NCBI GenBank assembly: GCA_963796275.1
Contig: CAWCKY010000001.1
Coordinates: forward strand, 160,001-224,000
Reading direction: 5' to 3'
Source: an uncultured Acidobacteriota bacterium
GTDB lineage: Bacteria > Acidobacteriota > Blastocatellia > RBC074
Length of the DNA stretch: 64,000 nt
The first letter of the stretch is position 1. Every line of letters begins with the position of its first letter. This document shows positions 1 to 10,406 of this stretch, piece after piece. The translations under genes were made by a program, and so were the position numbers. The notes under the pieces are model-generated. The model saw only the letters and a list, made by a program, of their open reading frames with translations, was not told the origin of the DNA and made no database searches.

Positions 1-797
1 TTTGCCGCCGTTGCCGACGCGATTCATGCCGTCGTTCCAATCCCCTGCCCCCATCAACGGCAGGCCGTGTTCACCAGTCGCCAAACTGCGATCGATCGCG
101 CGCAGGCAGTGTTCATAAAGAGTGGCCTGCTCAGATGAAACCTGCGGATGCAAGTACGAGTCGTCCTCGCTCTTCGGCCAAAAGCGGGGCTTCGAGAAAC
201 GGAATCACTTCATCAAAGATTGCGATCGTCTCCGGTCACGCGGATGTAGAAGCTCGTGACATAAGGCAGCCATAACAAATCGTCGGAGATACGCGTGCGG
301 ACGCCGCGATCAGTCGGCGGATGCCACCAGTGTTGGACGTCGCCTTCTTTGAATTGATGCGCGGCGGCAAGCAGAATCTGCGCGCGCGTCAACTCCGGAC
401 TGGCATAGACGAGCGCCATCACGTCTTGCAGTTGGTCGCGAAAACCGTACGCGCCGCCCGATTGATAGAACGCCGAGCGCGCCCAGATGCGGCACGCGAG
501 CGTTTGATATAACAACCAGCGATTGAGCATCAGGTCCATCGCCGCATCGGGCGTGCGGACTTCGACGGTCGACAACGTCTCGTCCCAGTAACTCGCGACG
601 CTCTCGATGGCTTCGTTGACCGCTGACGTTTTGAGATAGCGCACGACGAGTTCGCGGGCATTTTCCGCGCTCTCGCTCTCGCCCAGCAAAATGATGATTT
701 CGCGCGATTCGTCAGGCGCGAGTTCAACGACGCTCTGTAAAGCCGCGCACGGGTCGAGTCCCGCGCCAAACCGATCATCGAGCCGCGCGCGACGCAA
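1..797 (-). CDS. ndvB: Cyclic beta-1,2-glucan synthase NdvB/Cgs, C-terminal GH94 phosphorylase catalytic part (frameshifted fragment; runs off the window edge)
   Basis: ORF 213..797 has GH94 motifs (FYQSGGAYGFRDQLQD, GDVQHWWHPP, RISDDLLWLP). After +1 shifts near 225 and 170 it continues ...LYEHCLRAIDRSLATGEHGLPLMGAGDWNDGMNRVG to base 1. Confidence 0.85.
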
Positions 798-1377
798 TGC
801 CGCCGGGTGCGCCGGACGCGCCGTTACGTCCCAGGAAAGATTTGCGGTCGCAGGTCGCGCTGGCGGGAGCCGGATTCATCGCGGTGAAAACCACGCGATT
901 CGCAAACTCGTTGTTGTAGGCATTGCGCGCAAATACTGCGCCAGTCTCCTTGTCGCGTTCGGTGACGATGAACGGCGCGGACTTTTCGCGAGTGATGCCA
1001 AGCACCAACTCGTTGTATGTCGTGACTGACACTCGCCGGCGCCGGCCGGTGCGATTATGCAGGCGCAATGTCGAAATCTTCACCGGAGCGTCCAGCGGCA
1101 CTAAGACCATCAACTCCTGTGCGATGCCATGACTGGTATGTTCAAAAATCGTGTAGCCCTGTCCGTGCCGGATGACATAAGGCTGCGCCTCGCGCACCGG
1201 CAGCGGCGTCGGCGTCCAGACAGTTCCGGTATCTTCGTCGCGCAGATATATCGTTTCGCCGGGCGGATCGCTCACGGCATCATTTGACCAGGGTGTTAAT
1301 CGATTCTCACGGCTGTTGACAGACCAGGTGTAACCCGCACCCGTCTCAGTTACTAGAAACCCGAAATCTCTGCCCAT
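775..1377 (-). CDS. ndvB: NdvB/Cgs fragment, second GH94 beta-supersandwich domain
   Basis: FGFLVTETGAGYTWSVNSRENRLTPWSNDAVSDPPGE and IRHGQGYTIFEH motifs; joined to its neighbours by single-base insertions near 1375 and 805. Confidence 0.85.
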   Translation of the reverse strand: MGRDFGFLVTETGAGYTWSVNSRENRLTPWSNDAVSDPPGETIYLRDEDTGTVWTPTPLPVREAQPYVIRHGQGYTIFEHTSHGIAQELMVLVPLDAPVKISTLRLHNRTGRRRRVSVTTYNELVLGITREKSAPFIVTERDKETGAVFARNAYNNEFANRVVFTAMNPAPASATCDRKSFLGRNGASGAPGGIASRAAR

Positions 1378-4300
1378 TAGCGATCACGTTTGTCCACGGC
1401 GCGGGCGTCCACTGCCCTTCATTCAAGACCGTGACATACTCGCGCCCTTCCCGTGCAAAGCCGCCAAGACCATTGAAGAATTGCAAATCGGAAACGCTGA
1501 TTGCCTGCTCCTCCGGATAAGTTTGCGCAGGAGAGCGCGGCATGAACGGCGCGGGCGGATCGTTATCTTCAACCGGACGCCGGGCGAGTTGTTCTTCGAG
1601 CGTCCCGCGTTCGGGGACCAGGACGACACGCGCGACGGTATGCAACAGAATCTTGTCCTCATCCGGCATGATGTCTGTGCGGCGCACATAAACACCGCCC
1701 GGTTCGTCCTGTAACGTTTGCAGGCCCGTCGAACGAATCAGCGTCTGTATCTCCTCTTGTAACAACTGCAAATAACTGGGCGGATGGTCATTGAGAATGA
1801 CCAGGTCAATGCGCAGACCCTTGAGACGAAGGTATTCATGACCGCGTAGTACCTGCCGGACCATGTCCAAATCATCAGTCACGCTGATTCGCACCAGCAC
1901 GATCGGAAGGTCGCCGCTGATGCCATATTTCCACAAATTGGATTGCGTCTTTTGATTCAGAGTCAGGACCTTTGAGCGTGGGCGCAATGAATTATCGGAA
2001 TACAATACGCGTCCGGCGAGGCGCTGGAATAAGTGCGCCTCGCGCGCTTCAATGTTCAAGTGGCGCATCTGGATCTGCGCATTCGTCCACGCGAGGCGTT
2101 CTACGCGTTTGAAGATATTGACGTCGTGATACTTGTCCGCAAGCATCAGAATATGTTCACGCGAGTAAGCGACAGCAGTCGAAAAAGTGATGCGCGCCGT
2201 CTCGTTGGGCTTCAAGCGCACGCGCTGGCGGAGGCTGAAAATGGGATCGAGAACCGCGCCGACGGTGTTTGACAGCGGGTGGTCTGCAATCACAGCGAGC
2301 GGCGCCCGGGTGTCGTGACCTCGACCGAGAAACCGATTGCGACTCGTTTCATATTGCACCGCGCCAACAGCGTCGCCCTCGATAACAACCGTGTGAACGG
2401 CGAATATGAGTGTGTCGTTCAGCGAACGCGGGCGGCGACTCGCAATGAGCGAAGTCTCTTCACGAATGAACTCCGTCTCGATGAAAAGATTGCTGAATGC
2501 CGGATGCGCGATGTCTGCAGCGGGCGAAGCCAGCACGACTTCGGCATAGCTCGTCAATTCGATTTCACGCACGCGCGATGAGCGATTCGTTACTGTCACG
2601 CATCGCACCTCGGCGTTGTCTTCAGGAGAGACGACGATGTCCGTCTGCGTCAGGATGCCCGCGTCGAGACGCTTGAAGACCGCACGTTCTTCCATAAACG
2701 TCACTTCATAATTCTGCGAAGCGCGCGCCGATGGTTGATGGCCGGTTGACCAGATTGCGCCGGTGCGCACGTCGCGCATGTAACAAAAGCTGCCCCAGTC
2801 GTCGCAGGTCGAATCTTCGCGCCAGCGCGTGACGGCCTGGTTTCCGCACATCGAATAACCCGCGCCTGCCGATGTCACCATCACCGAATAAGTGCCGTTT
2901 GAAAGCAACTGCGTGCGCGGCGTCGGCAGATTTGGCGACTCGTAACTGACGGCGAGCGGCGCGGTCAGGGTGTTGACGATGCGGCCCATCAACACTTCTT
3001 CGGTGCGGAACTGCGCGATGGGGGCGCCTTGTGGAATGCGCTCTTGTAATAATAACTCCGTGGCCTGAATCAGCGGATCGGCGTGAAACCGCTTTTGCAT
3101 CACATCATCCTGCAGAAGGTTGTCGAGCGCGACGAGGCTCATGCCCTGATGGTGCGCCATGAACGAATGGATGACAACCTCCTGTTGGTTCTGCGGTATC
3201 CGCTCCGGCGTGTAATCAATAGCTTCGTAAAAACCGTAACGGGCGAGCGCGCCGACCTGCGCCAGCTGTTGCATGTTTTGCAGCGCGGCAGCAGGCGCGA
3301 TCATAGCTGCCAGAAACGTCGCATATGGCGCGATCACCAGGTCTTCGCTCAAACCACGTTTCAAACCAAGGCCCGGCACGCCGAACGGACCGTATTGATA
3401 ATTGAAATGCAGGTCGCGCGCGTTGTACGCCGACTCGGAAATGCCCCACGGCACGCCGTGTTTGCGCCCATAAGCGATCTGTTGGGCGACGACGGCTTTG
3501 TAGGTCTGGTCAAGCAATGTGTCCGGATAGTCGCGCGTGACCAGGAGGGGCATCAGATATTCAAACATCGTCGCCGTCCATGACACGAGCGCGCGCCCCG
3601 TGCCGTCAACCTGAGTCAATTGCCGGCCGAGCCGAAACCAATGCTCCTGCGGCACGTCACCCTTCGCAATGGCGACGAGACTGGTGAGACGCGATTCCGA
3701 TGCGAGCAAATCATAAAAAGATTGATCGCGGCGGCCATCGGAGACGTTGTAGCCGATGATGAACATTTTGCGCTCATGATCAAACAGGAACTGAAAGTCC
3801 ATCGATTCGATCATCTCATCGCATGAGTGCGCGAGCGCGCCTGTTCGCCCCAAGAGTTCGGTTGACGCACGCAAAGTGCTTTCGATCGATGTGGTGAGCG
3901 TGTCGAGTCCTCTGAAAAGCGCATCGCGTTCGGATCTTTCAGGAGATTCGGCCAGTTCGAGAGGGCCAAATTCGGCCGACAGCGATTTGATTTCACGAAC
4001 AGCCTGCGCGCAATGCTCGTTAATTTCGCCGACGATTGGCACGCGACTGAATGTTTCAGCAATCTTCTGCCAGCGCCCGACAAACTGCGGCGCGGCGCGT
4101 TCGATGAGCGGCGTGAGATGCTCGGCCAGCGGTGCATTCCAGGAGATCAGCGTATTGAAATCGCGCCGCGCCTCCCGCGTTTGATTGAGCAGCGAGGCGG
4201 TCCAGAAATGAAACTCGCCGAAACCCTCCGCCGTGTCCGCTCCCTGTCCTTGTTCAAGCGCGTGCGCGATATCTTTGACTTCGCCTATCCGCGCCGCCAG

Positions 4301-6952
4301 TTCATCGAAGAACCTCGCCCACTCGCCCAAGTCATCCGGCCCGCCCTTCATCGTCTCGATCAGCGTGACACACACCTCAATCTCTCGCTTCAATTGTTTA
4401 ATGGTGACAACCTGCGTCCGCTCTTTGATCGTGCCGAGCCTTTTCGTCTCTTCGCGTAATAGCGTGAGCGTGTCCGTCAGCCCCTGCAGCAACCGCGCGT
4501 CGAATAATTTTTGTTCTGGTAGTTCAATCGCCGCTTGTTTGACGGCAATTAAATGAGCGGCGAGATTTCCACTATCAACCGTCGAAATATACTGCGGTAT
4601 GAGCGGCTTAAGCGTTGTTGTGTCATACCAGTTGAAGAAATGCCCTTGAAATTTCTCCAGCTTACCGAGCGTCACAAAAGTCAGTTCAAGGCGTTCGACG
4701 GTTTCAAGCAGCCCGACATAACCTAGATCGCGCGCCGCGATAGTCGAAAGCAGATGCAGGCCGATGTTCGTCGGTGACGTGCGGTTGGCGATGATCGGGT
4801 GGGGGTCTTCCTGGAAATTATCAGGCGGCAACCAGTGGTTGTGATCGCCGACGAATGTTTCAAAGAAACGCCACGTGCGCCGCGCGATCAGTCTCATCGT
4901 CTGTCGCCCTTCACTGCTCAGTTCACGACTCGATTCCGTACTCGAACGTCTGGCACGGCTGACGAAAGAGGCGAGAAATGGCGACGCCGCCCAGGCCATC
5001 AAAAACGGGACGGCGAGCCATACCGCCTGCGGTCGAAGAATCATGACGAGAGTTGCCGCGACGATTACGAACAGTGGTCCGGAATAGATCAGATGCCAGA
5101 ACGCCGCGCGGTTCTGTCGGCTCCCGCTCTCCGCTTGCGCCGCCGTCATCCATTCGAGCATGTGCTTTCCTGAAATCAGTTTGCGATAAATGACGCGCGT
5201 CACGGCATCTACCATCAAATAGGCTTGATGCGGTAGAAATACGAGCATCAAAGCGACGCGTTTGGTGTTCGTGCCAAAATCGCCCCAAACTTGCCGGAAA
5301 TAACTGGCCAACGACACACTGCGAGGGGATAAAAATATATCGGTCGTGACATGCGCGTATACCGGAAAGCTACCGACCAGGAGAGCAAACAGCGTCCACC
5401 ATATGGGCAAACCCGGTAGAAATGTCCATGCTCCGACTAGCCACAACAACAGAGAAGGCGCAAGGAGGCTGCGACGCAAGTTATCTAAAATCTTCCAACG
5501 CGAGATTATCGGCAAAATGTTGCGGACCAGCTTCCGCTCGGCGTTCGGAACGCGCGGAAACAGCCAGCGAGCAATCTGCCAATCACCGCGCGTCCAGCGA
5601 TGTTGACGTTTGGCGTAGGTGTCATAACGCGCAGGGTAATCATCAAGTAACTCGATGTCCGACACGAGCGCAGTGCGCGCGTATAAGCCTTCAAACAGAT
5701 CATGGCTGAGCAGCGAATTATCCGGTACCCTGGACTCAAGCACCGCCTGGAAGGCATCTACGTCATATAGACCTTTCCCGATAAAACTCCCCTCAGCGAA
5801 GAGGTCTTGATAGACATCGGAGGCGGCAGTGCTGTAGGGATCAACTCCAGTATTGCCGGAGAAGATGCGCGCGAAACGCGAGCGCGCGCCGCTCTCAAGC
5901 GTGACGCTGACGCGGGGCTGCAGGACACCATAACCGCGCACGACGCGCCGTGTGGTTGAGTCAACCTGTGCGCGGTTGAGCGGGTGCCTGATCGTCGCCA
6001 CCAGCTTGCGCGCCGCATCGCGGGGCAACCGAGTGTCAGTGTCGAGCGTGATCACATAGCGAATACAGGTAAGCAGCGCGACATCTGCGATGGCAACGAC
6101 GAAACTGGTGTCACTTGCGCCGCGTAAAAGGCGATTGAACTCCTCCAATTTTCCCCGCTTGCGCTCCCAACCGATCCATTTGTCTTCAGATTCGTTCCAC
6201 TGGCGGCGACGATGAAACAAGTAGAAACGTTTTGTCGCAGAAGCGTCTCGCTCGTATCGCGCGTTCAGTTTTTCAATGCCGTCGAGAGCGACCCCGAGCA
6301 ACGCGCCGTCGTTCGGCATTTCCTCTGTTGGCGCGTCGGTGAAGTCAGTGAGCAGCGCGAAATAGAACTGCGGGTCCTGATTGGCGAGATAATGGACTTC
6401 GAGTTTTTCGATCAACTCATGCACGGTGGCTTCGGTCGTCAGCATCGTCGGCACAACTATCATCGTGCTCGCCTCGGCTGGAACCTCCGCCTCCTCATTC
6501 ATCTTCGGCAAGACGCGCGGCTCAAAGATGTGCGTCGCGCACCAGTTAAGCAGGCTGACGGCGAGATCGGTCGCTGGAATCAGAGCGAGCAGCGCGATCA
6601 AGCCGAGTTCGGGTGTCGTCGCCCCTGTACGGCCAGCGGCATGAATAAGCAGCGTCAGAATAAACCCGGTGAGCAATCCGAAGACGCCGAGGTAGAAAAG
6701 CACCGGATGCTTAAGTACAGTGCGCCGCGCGCGTTCAATACTCCGGGGGCGATACTTAAACGCGTTTTCCAAATCGGTGAGCCCCTCGTCAATCAGATAA
6801 TAGCCGACGTGCGCGCGTGCCACGTCTTGCGGATCACACTTGTGAGATTGCCTGGCGAGTTCGACAGTGCGGCGAGCGATATCAAGTTCGCCGGCGCGCG
6901 TGCGCTTGGCGATCCGTTCGATCTTCATGGCGGTAACGGTTGCGGGTTGCAA
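1346..6952 (-). CDS. ndvB: Cyclic beta-1,2-glucan synthase NdvB/Cgs core (GT84 synthase, TM segments, glucoamylase-like domain, GH94 N-terminal domain)
   Basis: 1868-aa ORF with GWERKRGKLEEFNRLL, YVITLDTDT, LSHDLFEG, RQHRWTRGDWQ, PPDNFQE, TSPTNIG, YISTVDSGNL, YDLLASESRL, MFEYLMP and FMAHHQGM, all typical of Cgs/NdvB. Confidence 0.93.
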   Translation of the reverse strand: MQPATVTAMKIERIAKRTRAGELDIARRTVELARQSHKCDPQDVARAHVGYYLIDEGLTDLENAFKYRPRSIERARRTVLKHPVLFYLGVFGLLTGFILTLLIHAAGRTGATTPELGLIALLALIPATDLAVSLLNWCATHIFEPRVLPKMNEEAEVPAEASTMIVVPTMLTTEATVHELIEKLEVHYLANQDPQFYFALLTDFTDAPTEEMPNDGALLGVALDGIEKLNARYERDASATKRFYLFHRRRQWNESEDKWIGWERKRGKLEEFNRLLRGASDTSFVVAIADVALLTCIRYVITLDTDTRLPRDAARKLVATIRHPLNRAQVDSTTRRVVRGYGVLQPRVSVTLESGARSRFARIFSGNTGVDPYSTAASDVYQDLFAEGSFIGKGLYDVDAFQAVLESRVPDNSLLSHDLFEGLYARTALVSDIELLDDYPARYDTYAKRQHRWTRGDWQIARWLFPRVPNAERKLVRNILPIISRWKILDNLRRSLLAPSLLLWLVGAWTFLPGLPIWWTLFALLVGSFPVYAHVTTDIFLSPRSVSLASYFRQVWGDFGTNTKRVALMLVFLPHQAYLMVDAVTRVIYRKLISGKHMLEWMTAAQAESGSRQNRAAFWHLIYSGPLFVIVAATLVMILRPQAVWLAVPFLMAWAASPFLASFVSRARRSSTESSRELSSEGRQTMRLIARRTWRFFETFVGDHNHWLPPDNFQEDPHPIIANRTSPTNIGLHLLSTIAARDLGYVGLLETVERLELTFVTLGKLEKFQGHFFNWYDTTTLKPLIPQYISTVDSGNLAAHLIAVKQAAIELPEQKLFDARLLQGLTDTLTLLREETKRLGTIKERTQVVTIKQLKREIEVCVTLIETMKGGPDDLGEWARFFDELAARIGEVKDIAHALEQGQGADTAEGFGEFHFWTASLLNQTREARRDFNTLISWNAPLAEHLTPLIERAAPQFVGRWQKIAETFSRVPIVGEINEHCAQAVREIKSLSAEFGPLELAESPERSERDALFRGLDTLTTSIESTLRASTELLGRTGALAHSCDEMIESMDFQFLFDHERKMFIIGYNVSDGRRDQSFYDLLASESRLTSLVAIAKGDVPQEHWFRLGRQLTQVDGTGRALVSWTATMFEYLMPLLVTRDYPDTLLDQTYKAVVAQQIAYGRKHGVPWGISESAYNARDLHFNYQYGPFGVPGLGLKRGLSEDLVIAPYATFLAAMIAPAAALQNMQQLAQVGALARYGFYEAIDYTPERIPQNQQEVVIHSFMAHHQGMSLVALDNLLQDDVMQKRFHADPLIQATELLLQERIPQGAPIAQFRTEEVLMGRIVNTLTAPLAVSYESPNLPTPRTQLLSNGTYSVMVTSAGAGYSMCGNQAVTRWREDSTCDDWGSFCYMRDVRTGAIWSTGHQPSARASQNYEVTFMEERAVFKRLDAGILTQTDIVVSPEDNAEVRCVTVTNRSSRVREIELTSYAEVVLASPAADIAHPAFSNLFIETEFIREETSLIASRRPRSLNDTLIFAVHTVVIEGDAVGAVQYETSRNRFLGRGHDTRAPLAVIADHPLSNTVGAVLDPIFSLRQRVRLKPNETARITFSTAVAYSREHILMLADKYHDVNIFKRVERLAWTNAQIQMRHLNIEAREAHLFQRLAGRVLYSDNSLRPRSKVLTLNQKTQSNLWKYGISGDLPIVLVRISVTDDLDMVRQVLRGHEYLRLKGLRIDLVILNDHPPSYLQLLQEEIQTLIRSTGLQTLQDEPGGVYVRRTDIMPDEDKILLHTVARVVLVPERGTLEEQLARRPVEDNDPPAPFMPRSPAQTYPEEQAISVSDLQFFNGLGGFAREGREYVTVLNEGQWTPAPWTNVIANGQRFRVSSN

Positions 6953-7914
6953 AATCCATCTGCGCGTATATGCCCGCCGGGTCAGCGCCGAGGATTGGTT
7001 CGGTAAGACTGACGCATTCGAAAAAACTATGCCAGTCGAGCATCGAAAGCAGCTTCATGCTTGTGATGATATTGCCGACCGTCACTTGCGATGCGGCTTG
7101 CCGATGGTGCTCAAACTGAACGACCTGTTCAATGCTCTGATCATGGTGCCGCGCCTCGCGCTCGACCCATTCGACGAGCGGCATGAAATCCGGATCCTGA
7201 TCGCGCAGACGTTGCATCAGCTGCACGACGAACGCGCGTCTAATCTCTTTTCGTTTTTCGAGTCGCTGAATGATGCCGGCGACGACGGATCTCTGCTGAT
7301 CGTTCGTCGCCGCGAGCAGGCTGTCGGCAATTCTGTCGGCTTGGTCGCGCTCGTCACGCGCTGCGACTACCCGCGCCGTCAGTCGCCGGAGATTTTCAAT
7401 CAGCGCGAGCCGCAGCACGATCGCCACCGCCCACAGTTCTCCAATAGTCAGTTGTGTGGTCGCTTGATAGGCGCTGATAAAACGCCGGAGTGATTCGATG
7501 TCGAGACGGCTGTCAGTGTGTGCGATGAAGGTGAGCGCGATTAAGTAAATACGGGGATAGCCGCGCATCTCGCCGGTGATGAGTTTGGGCAGTTCGTAAT
7601 GATAGCTCTTCGGCAAGTCCTCCCGAATCTGGCGTAGCTGTTCTTCGACTGTGTGAAAATTATCAACCAACCATTCGGCGGCGGGCGAAATCCCTTGTCC
7701 GCGACGGAGCCCTTCAACGAGCGTGCGATATGCCTCCATGACGATGGCGCCCGTTTTCTTCAAATCGTGGCAGCAATAACCTGCCGTGCTGTGGCTTCTC
7801 ACTTGCCTGATGTTCAGCGGCCAAGATAGTTGCATATTGTTCCAATCGCTCAACGCTGTATAACTCTTCACGGATCGGCTCTTCATCTATCCACTTGCTC
7901 GACACTGCAAACAT
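6882..7914 (-). CDS. ndvB: NdvB/Cgs N-terminal region (frameshifted fragments 7714..7950 and 6882..7886)
   Basis: EEPIREELYSVERLEQYA, SPAAEWLVDNFH, LTIGELWAVAIVLRLALIENLRR and MDFATRNRYRH motifs; +1 shifts near 7747 and 6925. Start could be 7914 or 7944. Confidence 0.85.
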
Positions 7915-8449
7915 GCCGTTGTCGCTGGTTCTACTCCTTCTCATTCGCAAATGATACTACACTGCGGCTTCGCCTGATCTGATATTCGGCAATAAAGGCG
8001 ATTAGATTCCCCTTCCTCCACCTTGTGCCAACGTCTCAAGCACGGCTCCGAGCTTCGTGAAGAGTCGCTGCGCGCTTCGAGGAAGCTGCAGCGGATTTAG
8101 TCTCTCCCCTCTATGACAATTAGCTTGCGGTAGACTGGCGGCTGGCAAGGTAAGGAGGGCATCAATCGGTGGATGACGCCGTTGTCGCATGTGATGTCAA
8201 TCTAGATTACTTACGCGACGAATAAACCCTATGCCGCTATACCGTATTTTCCCCGCCATCGGAATATGCGTTTAATGTTTGAGATGAGCCTATCGCTATA
8301 ATCAGCTCACTTCCGCACACTGCTGGGTTGCGTTCAGATGGATTGTGCACGAAGGCTATCGCTCGAGTTCATCCGACGATCGTGTAGCGTTGAATCGATC
8401 GTGTTTATCTCTATGGACAAGTCCTCTGTCAGCGGCCTGCACTAAGTCG

Positions 8450-8989
8450 TTACTGCCTGATTGGTGCGATTCGGGTTGAGCTGCCGGCAACGAGTTGCCA
8501 GCGCCCCTGCTGACGCCCCCACACATGCATGAATCGAGTGGGAACCTCGATGACTCTTCCATCTATGTTCCGGCTTTTATATGCCGAGCGCACAATGACC
8601 ACACCCGTATCTCCGTAGACGTGGACTTGAGAGTCTTCGATACCGGGGGGATGCTTGGGCTCATCACGCTCACCGGATTCCATGATCGCCAGCAAATCGG
8701 ACTTACTCTGACCAGATTTCATCCTTACCAGCAGAGACGCCTTCAGGTTTTCATGGACCACCCCATCGCGGGTAATAAAGAAATAGTCGTCAGCCATGAG
8801 GCGGTCGATCGTTTCTGCGTCACCCCGCAATCCAGCTTTTACTAATTCATTTTCCAGGTTCATTATCACCTGCTCGACATTGCTATTTGAGCCTATTTTG
8901 TTCCGGTCCTCCTGCTTGTCTTTCGTTTGACCAAGCACAAGAGACGACACCGCAACTGCTATTGCCAAAATTATGAAGATTTGTTTCAT
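8450..8989 (-). CDS. Secreted NTF2-like / DUF4440 family protein
   Basis: Signal peptide MKQIFIILAIAVAVSSLVLG; GDAETIDRLMADDY, VHVYGDTGVV and RFMHVWGRQQGRWQLV motifs; GGAG RBS before the ATG at 8989. Confidence 0.85.
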   Translation of the reverse strand: MKQIFIILAIAVAVSSLVLGQTKDKQEDRNKIGSNSNVEQVIMNLENELVKAGLRGDAETIDRLMADDYFFITRDGVVHENLKASLLVRMKSGQSKSDLLAIMESGERDEPKHPPGIEDSQVHVYGDTGVVIVRSAYKSRNIDGRVIEVPTRFMHVWGRQQGRWQLVAGSSTRIAPIRQ

Positions 8990-9016
8990 TGGTGAGCTCC
9001 TATGTGAAGTCATTTC

Positions 9017-9059
9017 ACGGTAATGCATAACTACAAGAAGTGCTGTTCAATACTGGACA
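9017..9059 (-). promoter_or_regulatory. Class II Crp-family promoter: TGTCCAGTATTGAACA box, 21 nt spacer, -10 TACCGT
   Basis: Box at 9044..9059 and hexamer at 9017..9022, 27 nt upstream of the DUF4440 start; same geometry as four other copies in the window. Confidence 0.65.
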
Positions 9060-9456
9060 ATTAAATAAAGGATTTTGATTGGATAGGGAGGGCCGCAACA
9101 GGTTCAAGCAATCGCTGCCAGGATCGAGTGTAACGGTGCAGACTGGTTTCCTGTCAGGTTCATCGAGCGCCCCTAATAATCATTGATTCAAGGCTGATGT
9201 TTAGTTCAGACAGTAGTCAGTCTTCATTTTTGTTATGGGCGGCTTCGTCCACCTTATCGACGGATCGCGGTAGCTGAAATTCATCCGCGATCTCGTGGCT
9301 TGATAACTAGACCCGTCACCAGACCGACATGCAATCAAGCACCTGTCGTCGAGTGGCTATGGCGGTAGTGTAGTTGACGATAAAAAAGGAAGGTTAAAGT
9401 TGTAAGTCAACGTAGCAGCCACCGACGTGTGTGGGAGAGGCTCATAAATGAACAGG

Positions 9457-9499
9457 TGTGTGATGACGCACAGACCGCATGTCGCTCACCTGGTATAGT
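9457..9499 (+). promoter_or_regulatory. Crp-like box TGTGTGATGACGCACA, 21 nt spacer, extended -10 TGgTATAGT upstream of the Crp/Fnr gene
   Basis: TGTG-N8-CACA at 9457..9472 resembles CRP TGTGA-N6-TCACA; TATAGT at 9494..9499 puts the box centre at -41.5. Confidence 0.6.
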
Positions 9500-9619
9500 A
9501 ACCGTGCTAATTTTTGTTCAATAGTTCATCATTCGACATCGGGATCGGGCCTATCGCCTTCTCCTTATGCCGTCTGTTGGGTTCCCACACATGACAGCAA
9601 CTATACAACGAGACATTTC

Positions 9620-10342
9620 ATGCCGCGATCTATAACACCTCGCGAACAGGTATCCAACCGGTTGCTCGCCGCGTTATCGGGCAAAGAATATCAACGGCTG
9701 CAGCCACACCTGGAACAGATCACCTTATCTTTTGGCGAAATCCTTTACGAACCGCGTGAGATCATCCGATACGTATATTTCCCGAATCAGGGCATCATTT
9801 CTTTGCTCTCTAGGGTGGAAGAGCACTCGACCCTCGATGTGGGCATCGTCGGCAACGAAGGCATGGTCGGCATCCCGGTCTTCCTGGGGGCGGCGGCTTC
9901 ATCCAACCGGGCGATCGTGCAGGGCGCGGGGACGGCCCTCCAGATGAAGGCTTATGCCATGCGCAAACACGTCGGGCATGAGGGGCAGTTACCAGACCTG
10001 CTACGTCACTACATACACTCGTTACTGGCGCAGATATCACAGACAACTGCCTGTAACCATTTCCATACGGTGGAAGCGCGCCTCGCCCGCTGGCTGCTCT
10101 TGACGCATGACCGTCTCGTGTCAAACGAATTTCGGGTCACCCAACAATTCCTCTGCAATATGCTTGGGGTGCGCCTCGAAGGCGTCACCAATGCGGCCCA
10201 CTCACTCCAGCGGGAGAAACTGATCAGTTACGTCCGGGGTCAGATTACGATCCACAATCGATCAGGCTTGGAGGCAGCATCTTGCAAGTGCTATGAGATC
10301 GTCAAATTGGATGTCAGGTCCAAGGCTGCCAAGAGAAGGTAG
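9620..10342 (+). CDS. Crp/Fnr family transcriptional regulator
   Basis: NRLLAAL start, cNMP-like domain (YVYFPNQGIISLL, VGNEGMVG), HTVEARLARWLL, HTH TQQFLCNMLGVRLEGVTNAA, C-terminal LEAASCKCY. Confidence 0.92.
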   Translation: MPRSITPREQVSNRLLAALSGKEYQRLQPHLEQITLSFGEILYEPREIIRYVYFPNQGIISLLSRVEEHSTLDVGIVGNEGMVGIPVFLGAAASSNRAIVQGAGTALQMKAYAMRKHVGHEGQLPDLLRHYIHSLLAQISQTTACNHFHTVEARLARWLLLTHDRLVSNEFRVTQQFLCNMLGVRLEGVTNAAHSLQREKLISYVRGQITIHNRSGLEAASCKCYEIVKLDVRSKAAKRR

Positions 10343-10406
10343 GGATATTGCACTGACGATGCGAAGATGCAAGCAAAAGCGAATGATTGTTTAGTCAGAT
10401 TGCAAT

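Noticed and set aside
1346-7914. Programmed ribosomal frameshifting in ndvB
   Set aside because: No slippery heptamers at the breaks, and the same +1 pattern hits unrelated genes; sequencing error is the simpler explanation.
8204-8247. Crp-like box upstream of ndvB
   Set aside because: Poor palindrome and spacing to TAATCT is off by one; not enough to place ndvB in either regulon.
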